NCBI GenBank assembly: GCA_031292375.1
Contig: JARLHF010000001.1
Location: 10,960-74,959 of the forward strand
Source: Chlamydiales bacterium
GTDB lineage: Bacteria > Chlamydiota > Chlamydiia > Chlamydiales > VFKH01
DNA: 64,000 nucleotides
Direction: 5' to 3'
A program made the translations under genes and the position numbers. How positions within the stretch are numbered: position 1 is the stretch's first letter; each line of letters opens with the position of its first letter. This document shows positions 26,809-39,100 of the stretch, piece by piece. Under the pieces are notes generated by a model that made no database searches, had not been told where the DNA came from, and was given only the letters and a program-made list of their open reading frames with translations.

Positions 26809-27867
26809 ATGACTTTAACAGCGTTGGTGTTACATGATTTTAGAAGAGATGAAAAGCAGCCACTTGTAGTTAAGCCTGAAAAAGATCAAGACCCTTCTGA
26901 AACTGCTTTTAAAATTTTTATGGTCTCTTCGACCCGGCTCCAACAATATGGAACAGGAAAAATTATTTTTTTGTATGGAACGTCAAATGCGGGTAAAACA
27001 TCGATTTGCAAAGAAGTACTAGCAATCCATTCAGATATAGTTGTTGATGGCATTGATGCTGCAATGGATAGGCATTATCTTAAAATCATTTCAAATATTG
27101 GATCTTTTAAGAAATATTTTTTTGACCGCTATTTGACTATTTCCAGGTGTATTGATGATGATGACATCTCAACTTTTGTTAAAGGACACGAGGTTAAATA
27201 TAAACCATTAAGCACAGTAGAAGAGCGCAAAAATGCACTAGCAGCAGCTTCTTATGTTTCAATAATAGAAGAATTATTCTTTAGTGCAACTCACAGGGAT
27301 GCAGCACAAGATAATTTGTTCGAAAGAGCTCTGCATTTATCAGCAAATGAAAAGAATGTTGTCATTGACGCTGTCGAATGTAATGATTTTTTTGGTTATA
27401 AAGTAAGCAGGATGTTTCATTGCCCTTTATTAATTACTCTTGTTCACTGTTCCTTTGTAAAACTAGCAGAGCATAAAGAAAGAAGAAATAGACAGGCCTT
27501 AGAAATAGACCAGGAGCACGATGCAAGATTTGGAACTTATCCTTTCCTTCAATTTACAGATTTTCTTAGGCCTCGAAGAAGCGGGCAAGAAGCGTACATG
27601 CATAGTGTCAATAAAACAACTGTAACTCAAATTTATGATAAGCATTTGAAAGAAGAGTGTCGATTTAGACCTACTCCAGGAACTGGAGAAGAAGATTTGC
27701 AGGGAAGACGCAATTTTGAATTAGGGATATTATACAGTAAGCTAGGGCTAAAAGAGGATCTGCAAGAAGAAGTGCAATTAACATCCAGAGGTTACTTTGA
27801 CATAGAAATTGATACAGGGGTAGACACGCCTGCTCAGGGAGCACTGAAGGTTCTTCAGTTTATTTAA
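26809..27867 (+). CDS. P-loop kinase, chloramphenicol-phosphotransferase-like (CPT family) with a C-terminal extension
   Basis: KIIFLYGTSNAGKTSICKEV Walker A followed by VVDGIDA and VVIDAVECNDFF. This order resembles CPT (IILNGGSSAGKS...FGVDS...IIIDDVF). GGAGG RBS. Confidence 0.45.
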   Translation: MTLTALVLHDFRRDEKQPLVVKPEKDQDPSETAFKIFMVSSTRLQQYGTGKIIFLYGTSNAGKTSICKEVLAIHSDIVVDGIDAAMDRHYLKIISNIGSFKKYFFDRYLTISRCIDDDDISTFVKGHEVKYKPLSTVEERKNALAAASYVSIIEELFFSATHRDAAQDNLFERALHLSANEKNVVIDAVECNDFFGYKVSRMFHCPLLITLVHCSFVKLAEHKERRNRQALEIDQEHDARFGTYPFLQFTDFLRPRRSGQEAYMHSVNKTTVTQIYDKHLKEECRFRPTPGTGEEDLQGRRNFELGILYSKLGLKEDLQEEVQLTSRGYFDIEIDTGVDTPAQGALKVLQFI

Positions 27868-27889
27868 TAATATTTAGGGGGAATTGACA

Positions 27890-28504
27890 ATGGACATTAT
27901 GAATAAATCAATTAGGCTTACTTATCTTTTGGATCCGCACTGCCAGGCATATGAAGAGCAAGGGCCAAAGATAAATGAGTTGCCAGACCCTCTTCTTAAA
28001 GAATACCAGCAAGGGATTATCCTTAGGGATGTAGAGCAAGCCTATTCACAATCTCTTGAGAAATTCCTGTCTGTTGCAGAATTTGGATGTGTAGATGCCA
28101 TGTTTTCAATAGGTCTCTTATTAAAAAACGAGCTTAAAGATATTAAACAAGCGGCTATTTGGTTTACTAAAGCAGCAGATCTTGGTCATAAAGATTCTTT
28201 ATTTTACTTAGGGTTTCTCTACGCAGTTGATCTTGGAGAGTTTGAAACAGCAGCAAGCTGGTATAAAAAGGCAGCAGAGAAAGGAAATCTCGAAGCTTTG
28301 TTTTTCTTAGGCATTATTTATAAAGATGACCTTCATGATTATCCAACGGCGATAGAGTGGTTTCAGAAAGTAGCCAATCTAGGGTATGCAGAAGGCATGT
28401 ATTACTTAGGGCTTATTTACCGCGATCATTTCAATGACCAGAAAAATGCCCAGCAATGGTTTGATCAATATGCCGTTGCTATGCTTCAAAAGAAATACTT
28501 TTAG
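27890..28504 (+). CDS. Sel1-like (TPR-family) repeat protein
   Basis: Four tandem ~36-aa repeats with the A..W..KAA..G...A...LG..Y pattern (AAIWFTKAADLGHKDSLFYLGFLY, ASWYKKAAEKGNLEALFFLGIIY, AIEWFQKVANLGYAEGMYYLGLIY). Confidence 0.85.
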   Translation: MDIMNKSIRLTYLLDPHCQAYEEQGPKINELPDPLLKEYQQGIILRDVEQAYSQSLEKFLSVAEFGCVDAMFSIGLLLKNELKDIKQAAIWFTKAADLGHKDSLFYLGFLYAVDLGEFETAASWYKKAAEKGNLEALFFLGIIYKDDLHDYPTAIEWFQKVANLGYAEGMYYLGLIYRDHFNDQKNAQQWFDQYAVAMLQKKYF

Positions 28505-29247
28505 TGACTATGTCCATGGCCGTTAAAAAGAGCATTTTTTCTAACTTAAGCGAGAAGGAAGTACACGTTTGGATGATAGATATTGAGGCGCACCTTTCTT
28601 CTTTTAATAGCTACGTTCATATTTTATCTGCTGAAGAAACCCTACGGGCAAATGACTATATCTTCTTAGAACATTCTACTCGTTTTGTAATTAGAAGAGC
28701 TATCCTTCGTATTATTTTAAGTTTTTATACGTCCATTTCTCCTAAAAATATTATTATTAGAACAGATCAAAATGGTAAGCCATACTTGGGTTGTTATGAA
28801 TCAAAAATTTTCTTCAGCCTGTCATATTCTCAAAACTTAGTTTATTATGCAATAAGCTCTAAACCTTGCATAGGCATTGATATTGAATATATTTCAGAGA
28901 AGCCCCCAGAAGAAGATTTAGCAAAGCTTGTTCTGCATTCTGAAGAGTACAAACTTTTTGAGAAGCTTTTTTCTTATCAGAAGAGAGATTTATTTTATCA
29001 ATATTGGAGCCAAAAAGAAGCTTTAGTAAAAGCCATTGGCATAGGTCTGAGATTTCCTCTATCAGATATTCATATTGAATTCTCTAATCATCAAGTTTCA
29101 CGCCTTATTAGTTTTGCAACGTCCCCTGTAGATATGTGGTCTTTATCTTCTCTTGAAATCCCTTCAAATTACGTAGGATACATCGCCTTAAAGGGTGAGC
29201 TCGGTCCTATTAAATATCAACAACTTACAAATAGTGAATATGTGTGA
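28504..29247 (+). CDS. 4'-phosphopantetheinyl transferase, Sfp type
   Basis: IGIDIEYI (Mg-binding D-x-E) and YWSQKEALVKAIGIG (W..KE...K) motifs. ~245 aa. Its stop overlaps the NRPS start (ATGTGTGA). Confidence 0.85.
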   Translation: MTMSMAVKKSIFSNLSEKEVHVWMIDIEAHLSSFNSYVHILSAEETLRANDYIFLEHSTRFVIRRAILRIILSFYTSISPKNIIIRTDQNGKPYLGCYESKIFFSLSYSQNLVYYAISSKPCIGIDIEYISEKPPEEDLAKLVLHSEEYKLFEKLFSYQKRDLFYQYWSQKEALVKAIGIGLRFPLSDIHIEFSNHQVSRLISFATSPVDMWSLSSLEIPSNYVGYIALKGELGPIKYQQLTNSEYV

Positions 29248-30100
29248 AGCGCAAACTTTTTTTATTTTAGGCGAAACTTCCTTAACAGCTCAATGTATAG
29301 AGCACTTATTAGATAGAAAGCATTGTATTTCAGGTCTTATTTCTGATGACCCCTGGCTCCAAGCATGGGCACAAGAGCGCAAAATCCCCCTATTTGATAG
29401 TTTTACCTCTTTAACAGAATTTGATTACCTTCTTAGTATCGTAAATCCAAAGCTTATCCCCAAAAAGATTATTCAGTCAGCTAAAAGATTAGCAATTAAT
29501 TATCACGACTCACCACTTCCTGCTTATGCAGGAGTTCATGCAACATCATGGGCTATTTTAAATAATGAAAAGAAACACGGGATTACTTGGCATATCATTA
29601 CAGAACAGATAGATGCAGGTGGTATTGTAAAGCAAGTAATTTTCCCAATCGATAATGGAGAAACTGCTCTCAGTTTGAATATAAAATGCTACCAGCATGC
29701 TTTGCAATCATTTAAAGAGTTGGTAGTTGAGCTAGAAGAAGGTAGCTGCGTATTCAAAAAACAAGATTTAAGCGGTCGTTCTTATTTTGGTTCTCATAAA
29801 AAACCAAAGCATGCAGGAATCATTTCATGGGATCAAAATGCAAGGGAAATAGAGACTCTTTTTAAGGCTCTTGATTTTGGAAACTACCCCAATAAACTTT
29901 GTAGCCCAAAATTATTGATAAAAGAGTATATTCTTTTTCCAAGCAAGATGGAAATTCTTGATCATTCTTCAGAGCACCCGCCTGGAACAATAATAAAAAT
30001 TACAGGGACTCAGATAGAAGTCGCGACTAACACTTCTGATATTCTCCTAACAGTTCAGGAAAACGACTCTCAAAAAATATTGACTATGCCTGGGGAGTGT
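29240..30100 (+). other. NRPS domain: N-formyltransferase (F) domain (approximate bounds)
   Basis: Fmt-like INYHDSPLPAYAGVHATSWAILNNEKKHGITWHIITEQIDAGGIV (HxSLLPxxRG-type and DxG motifs), as in formylating starter modules. Confidence 0.75.
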
Positions 30101-33100
30101 TTAGCTTCTCTGGATAATTCTCAAAAGTTAGAAGAGTTCTGTTATGAGCTCTCTTTCTATGAGAATTTTTGGGTTAAAGAATTACAAAAAACTACTTACT
30201 TAAACTTAGGACAGTATTCATCTTCTCTAGACATACCCTTTGATACGACTTTAAATTTGCCAACCTCGCTATCAAAAGAAAGCTTATTGGCAGCTATATT
30301 GATTTATTTCTATAGAATATCTCAGCAAAGTAATTTTACGGTAAACTACCAAAATATACCTGTTGGAAATGATTTAAACAGGTTTAGTGACTTGTTTATT
30401 ACTGATCTTCCTTTAAATGTTTCGTTTGTTGCTGAAGACACCTTTCTTAGTGCTCAGGAAAAAATATGCAATGCCTTGCAAATATTAAAAAACAAGAAAG
30501 CTTACTTAAAGGACCTCCCCCTAAGATATCCTGAATTATCCAATTCTTCTCAACAAACTTCATTTATTGGAATTCAATACGTAGATGATATAGCTCAAGG
30601 TGTCGTTTCTAATAAATATAGCCTTCAGATTCTCATTTCGAACCCAGGAAATCAATGTAGAATTATTTCCTCTCAAAACTTAGCTTTTCTATTACGAAGT
30701 ACTGAGCATCTTTTATCGCTTTTAGAGGCAATGAATACCAATACTCCGATTATATCTTTGCCTTTGCTTTCTCAAGTAGAGAAAAAGCAAATCTTAACAT
30801 GGAGTGAAAACAATAGTTCTGATTGTTTTTCTATGTGTACTCATAAATTAATTGAGCGATATGCATTAAAGAATCCTAAGGCCCTTGCAATAGCCTGTGA
30901 TGAATCCTTTCTCTCTTATGAAGAATTAAATAATCGAGCCGAAATAATATCAAAACATTTATGTCTAATGGGAGTTGGGCCAGAAGTTAATGTAGTCCTA
31001 TGCCTAGAAAAATCTTTAGCGCTTGTTATTGCTATGTTAGCAGTGATGAAATCTGGAGGAGCTTTTGTGCCATTAGAGCCTAGCCAACCTGAAGAGCGCC
31101 TTCATTACATTTTAAATGATGCTAAACCTATATTAGTTTTAACACAAAAATCCTTAGAAGCCAAGTTGATGAGAGTCAAGACCCCTCTTTGCTTCATCGA
31201 AGAGGCACTTGCTCCAAAGCATGAAAAACAAGATAAACCCTTTAAGCAACTATACTTATCTAACCGTGCTTATATTATTTATACTTCAGGGTCTACAGGC
31301 TTTCCTAAAGGGGTAGAAGTTGAACACAAACAATTGGCCTTTGTACTGAAGGCAAAAGCATTACAATATCCCCTCAAACATTTAAAATTTTTGTGGGTAG
31401 GCTCAATTAGTTTTGATATCTCTATTGCTAACATTTTGTTGCCCCTTATTTCGGGTGGTACGCTTTATTTTTCTGCTAAAGTCTCTAATACAGATTCAGA
31501 TAGTATTGTACAGCTTTTGAATCGACACAAGATTAATCATTTTGGTCCTCCTGTGTCTCTTTATTCTCTGATCTTAGAACAAAATAAAAAGCTTAGTTGT
31601 CCCACCCTAGAATACGTATGCGTTGGAGGTGAAGCTCTTACAGATTCTATTGTCTTACTACATCAAAAGTATTTTCCACAGGCTGTTTTATTTAATGAAT
31701 ATGGCCCTACAGAATGTACAATTGTATCTTCCTATTCAAAAGTATATGATCCAAATATATTCTCTAGTGCACCTATTTCTATAGGAAAGCCTATTGAAAG
31801 GGCTAAAATGTATGTTCTTGATCATCATCTTCAAATACTTCCTATCGGAGTTAGGGGGGAAATTTATATAGGTGGAGAAGGTGTTGCAAGAGGATATGTG
31901 AACAATCCAGAGCTAACTCATGAAAAATTTATTAACTCTTCTCTTTTTGGTCGTTTATATAAAACAGCAGATCTGGGTTGTTGGCTGCCCCATGGGGAGA
32001 TTCAGTTTGTTGGAAGATCTGATCAACAAATAAAGTTTAGAGGTTATCGGATTGAACTAGAAGAGATTGAAAGAACTTTATGCGGCTATAAAGGCATTCA
32101 ACAGGCAGTAGTTTCTTTAACAGACAATGGTAAGAGGCTTATTGCCTATTTAGTCTTAGAAGCTGATCATGATTCTTTAGTTGAAGATTCTCTTAGAAGT
32201 CACTTAAATACCTACCTTCCTGTATATATGATCCCTTCTGCTTTTTTTATTTTGGATAAATTTCCTTTAACAATAAATGGGAAAATAGATCGCAATGCTC
32301 TTCCTGAACCCATTGTAAGTAGGTCAGGCAACCTTAATTATAAAGCACCTAGAACTGCAGATGAACAATCAATTGCGGAAATATGGTCTTGGCACTTAAA
32401 AGTTGAGCGCATAGGATTGCTAGATAGCTTTTTCGAATTGGGAGGCCACTCGTTACTGGCTGTCCAGGTAATTGTTTCATTGCAGAATACTTTTAAAATA
32501 GAAATCCCTCTAAAAAGCCTTTATGAGCATCCGATTTTAGAAAAATTTGTACAATTCATAACTGATTCAAAAGCTTCGACTACTGTTGCGTCTGTTGAGG
32601 CGTATCCAAAAGTAATCTCCAATCCTTCTGATCGATTTTTAGAATTTCCTTTGACAGATATTCAACAAGCATACTGGATTGGAAGAAATGAAGTTTTTTC
32701 TTTAAGCCAAATTGCGGTTCACGGATATAGTGAATATGAGTGTGATCATTTGGATTTAAATCTACTAGAAAATAGCTGGAATCAATTAATTCGTCGACAT
32801 GAGGCTTTAAGGCTTATTTTTCCTGGGGATGGAATGCAAAAAATTCTTCCGGAAGTTTCTCACTATACTATCCAATGTTTTGACTTTTCTAAAGAAACAG
32901 AAAAGGCTACAGAAACCCATCTTGACAAATTAAGAGAGCGTTTATCCCATCAGGTACTACCAACAGAAATCTGGCCTCTTTTTGAGGTATGTGTTACGAA
33001 AAAGAAAAACAGCTACCGTTTACACTTTAGCATAGATGGTCTTATTGTCGATGGTTGGAGTTTCAATATCTTGCTTTCCGAGTGGGCAAAACTATACTTT

Positions 33101-36100
33101 GAGCCAGAGATGGCTTTAGCGCCTTTAGGAGTTTCTTTCAGAGACTATGTTTTAACAGAAATTCAATTAAAACAACGTAGCCTATATAATAGAGATAAGA
33201 ACTACTGGCTATCTCGACTTTCCGATTTTCCAATTGGGCCTTCTCTTCCTCTTTTTAAACATCCAAAAGAAATAGAAAAACCTGTTTTTGATCGATGTAC
33301 AAAGAAGCTAGAAAAGCATCTCTGGGGACCCCTTAAGGAGCAGATCAAAGCGAGGGGTTTGACTCCAACATCTTTTTTGTTAGCGCTTTTTGGTGAAATT
33401 TTACAATTTTGGAGTAATAGTTCACGTTTTACCATCACCCTTACACTATTTAATCGTTTGCCATTTCATCCCCAAATCAATGAAATCATGGGAGATTTTA
33501 CCTCTCTAACGTTATGTGAAATTGATAATAGAGAGAAAACCACTTTTGTAGAAAGAACTCAAAAGCTACAAGCACGCTTATTTTCAGATATTGACCATCG
33601 CTTGTTTAGTGGAATAGAAGTACTACGTGAATTAAGTCGACAAACCCAAAGCTCTTGGGATGCTTCACTAATACCTGTTGTTTTCACCTCTTTATTGGCG
33701 GAAGAATCTCAAGAAAATAAAACAAATTTTACTACAAATCAGGTGTACAGTATTACACAAACACCTCAAGTGTGGTTAGATTACAAAGCATATAGCCAAT
33801 CAGGAGAACTTGTCGTAGAATGGGATTATGTTAAAGGATTATTTCCAGACAACTTAATTGAAGATATGCACCAAGCCTACTTCAGATTATTGGATAGATT
33901 AGTACATTCAAAAGAGGCTTGGGATCAAACTTGTTTTGATCTGCTTCCCATAAAACAAGAAGCTTGTCGTAATGATACTAATGCAACACACTGGGAAGTC
34001 AAACAGCTCCTTTTACAAGAATTATTCCATTGTAAGGCAAAAGAAATGCCTAATCAGACTGCAGTCATTTATGAAGGAAACTTTCTTTCTTATAAAGAGT
34101 TGCAAATAACATCTAATCAACTAGGCAGCTATTTACGTCATAAAGGAGCCACGCCTAATCGTTTGGTTGCTATCGTCATGGATAAATGTCTAGAGCAGGT
34201 TATAGCGTGCCTTGGGATCCTTAATGCAGGCGCGGCATATTTACCGATTAGTGCCGATCTTCCAGAAGAGAGAATCGTTGAATTACTTAAATTGGGAGAA
34301 GTAGATTTTATTCTGACACAGAATAAGTATCTTAAGAAGCTATCTACACAAAAACTGGAGAACAAGCTTTTAATTACATTAGATGGACTTCAAGCGGATG
34401 TATGGAAGCAGGAAAGCTGTGCGTATTTAAAACCTGTTCAAGTTCTTGATGACCTTGCTTATGTCATTTTCACCTCTGGTTCTACTGGAATTCCAAAAGG
34501 AGTGATGATTAATCATAGAGGAGCTGTAAATACAATTCTCGATATGAACGAGCGATTCAAAGTAAATCATCATGATCGAGTTTTAGCAATTTCTAATTTA
34601 AACTTTGACTTATCCGTCTATGATATCTTTGGCTTATTAGCTTGTGGAGGCACTATTGTCATACCTCGTTCTGAAGATATTAAAGAACCTGTTTGTTGGT
34701 TAGAATTGCTGCAGCTATATAAAGTGACTATCTGGAATAGCGTTCCTATGTTTATGAGCATGCTTGTAGAATATCTAAAAGATAGAGAAGAAGGCATGTC
34801 AACTAATACCGCTTTACGACTGGTCTTACTCAGTGGTGATTGGATACCTCTGGACCTACCACATTCCATTAAAGAGTTTTTTCACCAGCCTGACGTTATC
34901 AGCTTAGGTGGCGCTACAGAGGCCTCTATTTGGTCTATTATTTATCCTATCAACAACGTGCTTCCCGAATGGAAAAGTATTCCTTATGGCCTACCTTTAC
35001 GCAATCAGGAAATGCACGTATTAAATGAGTATTTGCAATCTTGTCCAGACGGAGTGCAAGGAGATATTTATATTGGTGGTATTGGCCTTGCAAAAGGTTA
35101 TTGGATGGATAAGAAAAGGAGTGATGCGCAATTTATCTTTCATGCTAGCTGGAAAAAGCAACTCTATAAAACAGGAGATTTGGGAAGATATTATCCTAAC
35201 GGTGTAATTGAATTTCTTGGTCGTAGCGATAGTCAAGTAAAAGTCAATGGGTATAGAATTGAACTTGGCGAGATACAGAAAACATTAGAATCTCACAAAG
35301 ACATTTCCCATGCTCTTATTACAACACTTGGAGAGAAAGATAAAGAAAAGCAATTGATTGCTTATTTGGCCCTAAGTAACAATCAGGCGCCTGAAATTCA
35401 AAGTGCTGAAATTCAAGATCCTGTAGACAGGATAAATTTTAAGCTGAGTCTTGCAAATACAAGAAGAGTTTTAAAAGAACATAAAAACATTCAGTTTGAC
35501 ATTCCAAAGAACGATTACTCAAAGCTTTTCCGTCGTAAAAGTTATCGTTGCTATGACGGGAACAAGATAAACTCTTCAATTTTGATTAATATATTATGTA
35601 AAAGTTTGAAATCTTCTGGAATTATGGGAAAAGCTAGAGAAGATGCAATTCCTCTCTCAAAATTTGATAGTTTTTTAATGCCCTTAACCGCTTATAGGTT
35701 TCCAGAGTCCCCTATTCCAAAATACACATACCCTTCTGCAGGTGCTCTTTATCCCGTCCAAGTTTATATAAAAGTAAATAGCATTTCAGGAATAGATGCA
35801 GGAGTGTATTTTTTCAATCAAACTGAAAGAAGATTATGTCTGGTTGATGATGAATTATTACCCCTTGATGATCCTAATGATCATTTTACTTTATATTTAG
35901 TAGGAAGAACATCACTTATTAAACCTATGTATGGAGACCTTTGGAGAGAATTTTGTGAACTTGAAATAGGCTATATTGTCCACCTATTAAACAAGTCAGC
36001 AGTTTCTCAGGATTTTCAGCTGATGATGAAACATATGGATGGCAATGAGCCAATCACTATTTTGGGAGCAAGCTATGTTAATGTAAAACAAGAATGCCCC

Positions 36101-39100
36101 TTAGCTCCTGAGGTTGAAGTTTGTGTGTATATTAAGCCAGAGGCCTTAATTGATCTCACAGAGGGATGGTATCAATTTGAGACAAAGGCAAAAAAATTAA
36201 TTCTGATAAAAGATACAATCTCCTTCAACCCGCAATTGGCAGTTACTGACTATTACTCTATCCTAATGGAAGCTTCATTCACCCTATTTTTTTTAAGTGA
36301 CGCTAAGAATTACGCCAGAAGAGTGCAAATTGGAATGTTTGCGCAGCATATTATGGAGAAAGGAATAGATGAGCTAATTGGTTTTTGCCCAATTGGAACA
36401 CTAGACAACAACTGTACTGCTCAATATAGGGAAATTTTAGGTTCTCAACATGTGCTCCATGTCCTAACAGGCGGACCTGTTAGTCAAGCACAATTGCAAG
36501 AAAGAGGTAGCTCCATTCCCAAACCCCCAGAAGAGCGACTTTCTCAAGACTTACAACTTTTTTTAAAGGACAAGCTTCCTGACTATTTTATCCCTTCTTT
36601 TTTCTTAGTTTTAGAAAAATTTCCTCTCTCAGTAAATGGTAAAATTGATTATAAGTCTTTACCCATCCCACAGAACGGACAAAGCATTTCCAAACGTTAT
36701 ATACCTCCTCGCACGGACGTAGAAGAAAAATTGGCTACTATTTGGTCTGAAGTATTGAAAATAGGAAATATAGGGATCCAGGACCATTTTTTCCTCCTTG
36801 GAGGCCATTCCCTCTCAGGCGTGCAAGTACTTTCTCGTATTAGAAAAGTTTTTAGTCTAGATTTTCCAATTAAAAAAATCTTCGAGTATCCAATTCTTGA
36901 AGCTCTAGCAACTCAGATAGCTAAAGAAAGTGAAAAAACCTCTCAATTTGTCTATCCCCCAATAACAAAAGAACCCCATAGTAAGTATTATCCTCTTTCA
37001 TTTACACAGCAGCGTTTATGGTTTTTAGATCAACTGTTAGATAACAAATTGGTTTATATGATTCCCTTGGCATTTAGGCTAAAAGGGTTTCTTGTCCTTG
37101 ATAAATTAAAAATAGGATTAACAAATCTGATCAAGCATCATGAGATTCTTAGGACTGTATTTATCTCTGAAATGGGGATAGCAAAACAGACTGTCTTAGA
37201 AACAAGCTTTTTCGATCTTCCTGTTTATGATCTTTTAAAAGAAAACTCTCTAGTGACAGATCATATGGAAGAAGAAGCCATAACACCTTTTGATTTATCA
37301 AAAGGTCCTTTGATAAGAGGAAGATTACTAAAAATTGAAGAAAACGAGCATATTTTTTTGCTTACTATTCATCATATCATCACAGATGAGTGGTCTATTC
37401 GAGTTTTATTACGAGAAATAAGTTATCTCTATAACTCTTTAAGTGAACTTCCAAAGACACAAACGGCTTCTGATACTATTGAGTATGTAGATTTTACTTG
37501 TTGGCAACGCAATTGGCTAAAGGATAGTATTTTAGAAAAACAATTAAAATTCTGGAAAAATGAGCTAGAAAATTGTACCGATTTATTGCAACTTCCCACA
37601 GATAAACAGCGCCCACAGAGGCCCACCCATCAAGGGGCTATTTTTTCTTATATTATTCCTTCCAAGCTTACTGATCTTTTGAAAAAGACGGCGGAATCAC
37701 AAAAAGTGACTCTATTTATGGTTTTATTGGGAGCCTTTCAAACATTTTTACATCGTTACTCTGGTCAAATAGACATTATAACTGGTTTTCCTGTAGCCAA
37801 TAGACATTATCCTGGAGTAGAAAACCTCTTGGGATATTTTGCCAATACTGTTGTGCTTAGAACAACTTTCCACTCAGAAAGTAACTTCAAAGAAATTTTA
37901 AGCCAAATCAGAGATAAAACAACAAAAATTTATGAGAACCAAGATGTTCCTTTTGAATATTTAGTAGATTATTTGAAGATTCCAAGAGATTTAAGTCGCC
38001 ATCCTCTTTTTCAAGTTATGTTTGTCTATAGAAATAGCAACTTGACTGAACTCATATTGAATGGATTAGAAGTTGAAGAGCTTCCTGTAAACCACCGTGC
38101 TGCAAAATTCGATCTTGTGTTAACAGCTGAAGAAACCCTGAATGAACTAAAGCTAGAGTTTGAATATGCAGTAGATTTATTTGATAAAAGTACTATTCAA
38201 AGAATGTCCCAAAATTTTATTAAGCTGCTAGAAAGTATTGTGGCAAATTTAGATCAACAAGTAAGTCTTCTAGATATTGTTGCAGAACAAGAGTATGACA
38301 AAATTATCCATGAGTGGAATAAAACAGAATGTTTGTTTACTGCTCCATTTTGTTTACATCAGCTCTTTGAAAAAAGAGCTGGTCAAAGTCCAGAACATCC
38401 AGCTCTCATCTTTGAAGAAAAAATAATCTCATACGCAGAATTAAATAAACAATCTAATCGTTTAGCTCGTTATCTTAGAAAATTAAATATATCTTCAGAT
38501 GTTATTGTGGGCATTGCTTTAGAACGCTCTATTGAATTGGTTATCGCTATTTATTCTACTATGAAGGCAGGAGGCGCCTATCTTCCTTTAGAGTTGACCT
38601 ATCCAAAGGATCGCCTTAACTATATGCTAGAGGATGCAAGTGTAGAGGTAGTGATTACACTTACAACAGATCGTGATAAATTTTTAAATTTTAAAGGAAC
38701 GATTTTATGTTTAGATCAACTAGAAATAGATGAAAGCGAAGAAAACTTAAGCATTGATTACCCTCTTTCTTCTCTTGCGTATGTTATTTATACATCAGGT
38801 TCTACTGGGCAGCCAAAAGGGGTCTGTATTGAGCATAAAGGACTTGTTAACCGTATATTATGGATGCAAAATGAGTATCAGTTACTGTCTTACGATAGAG
38901 TACTCCAGAAGACGCCCTTTAGCTTTGATGTTTCTGTTTGGGAGTTTTTTTGGCCTCTCTCATTTGGAGCGTCATTAGTTATAGCCAAGCCAAAAGCCCA
39001 CCGCGATACCGAAGAGCTCATCTACACCATTCAACGTTACTTTATTACATGCATGCATTTTGTTCCGTCTATGCTTGGTTCATTTTTAGAGCTTCAGGGA

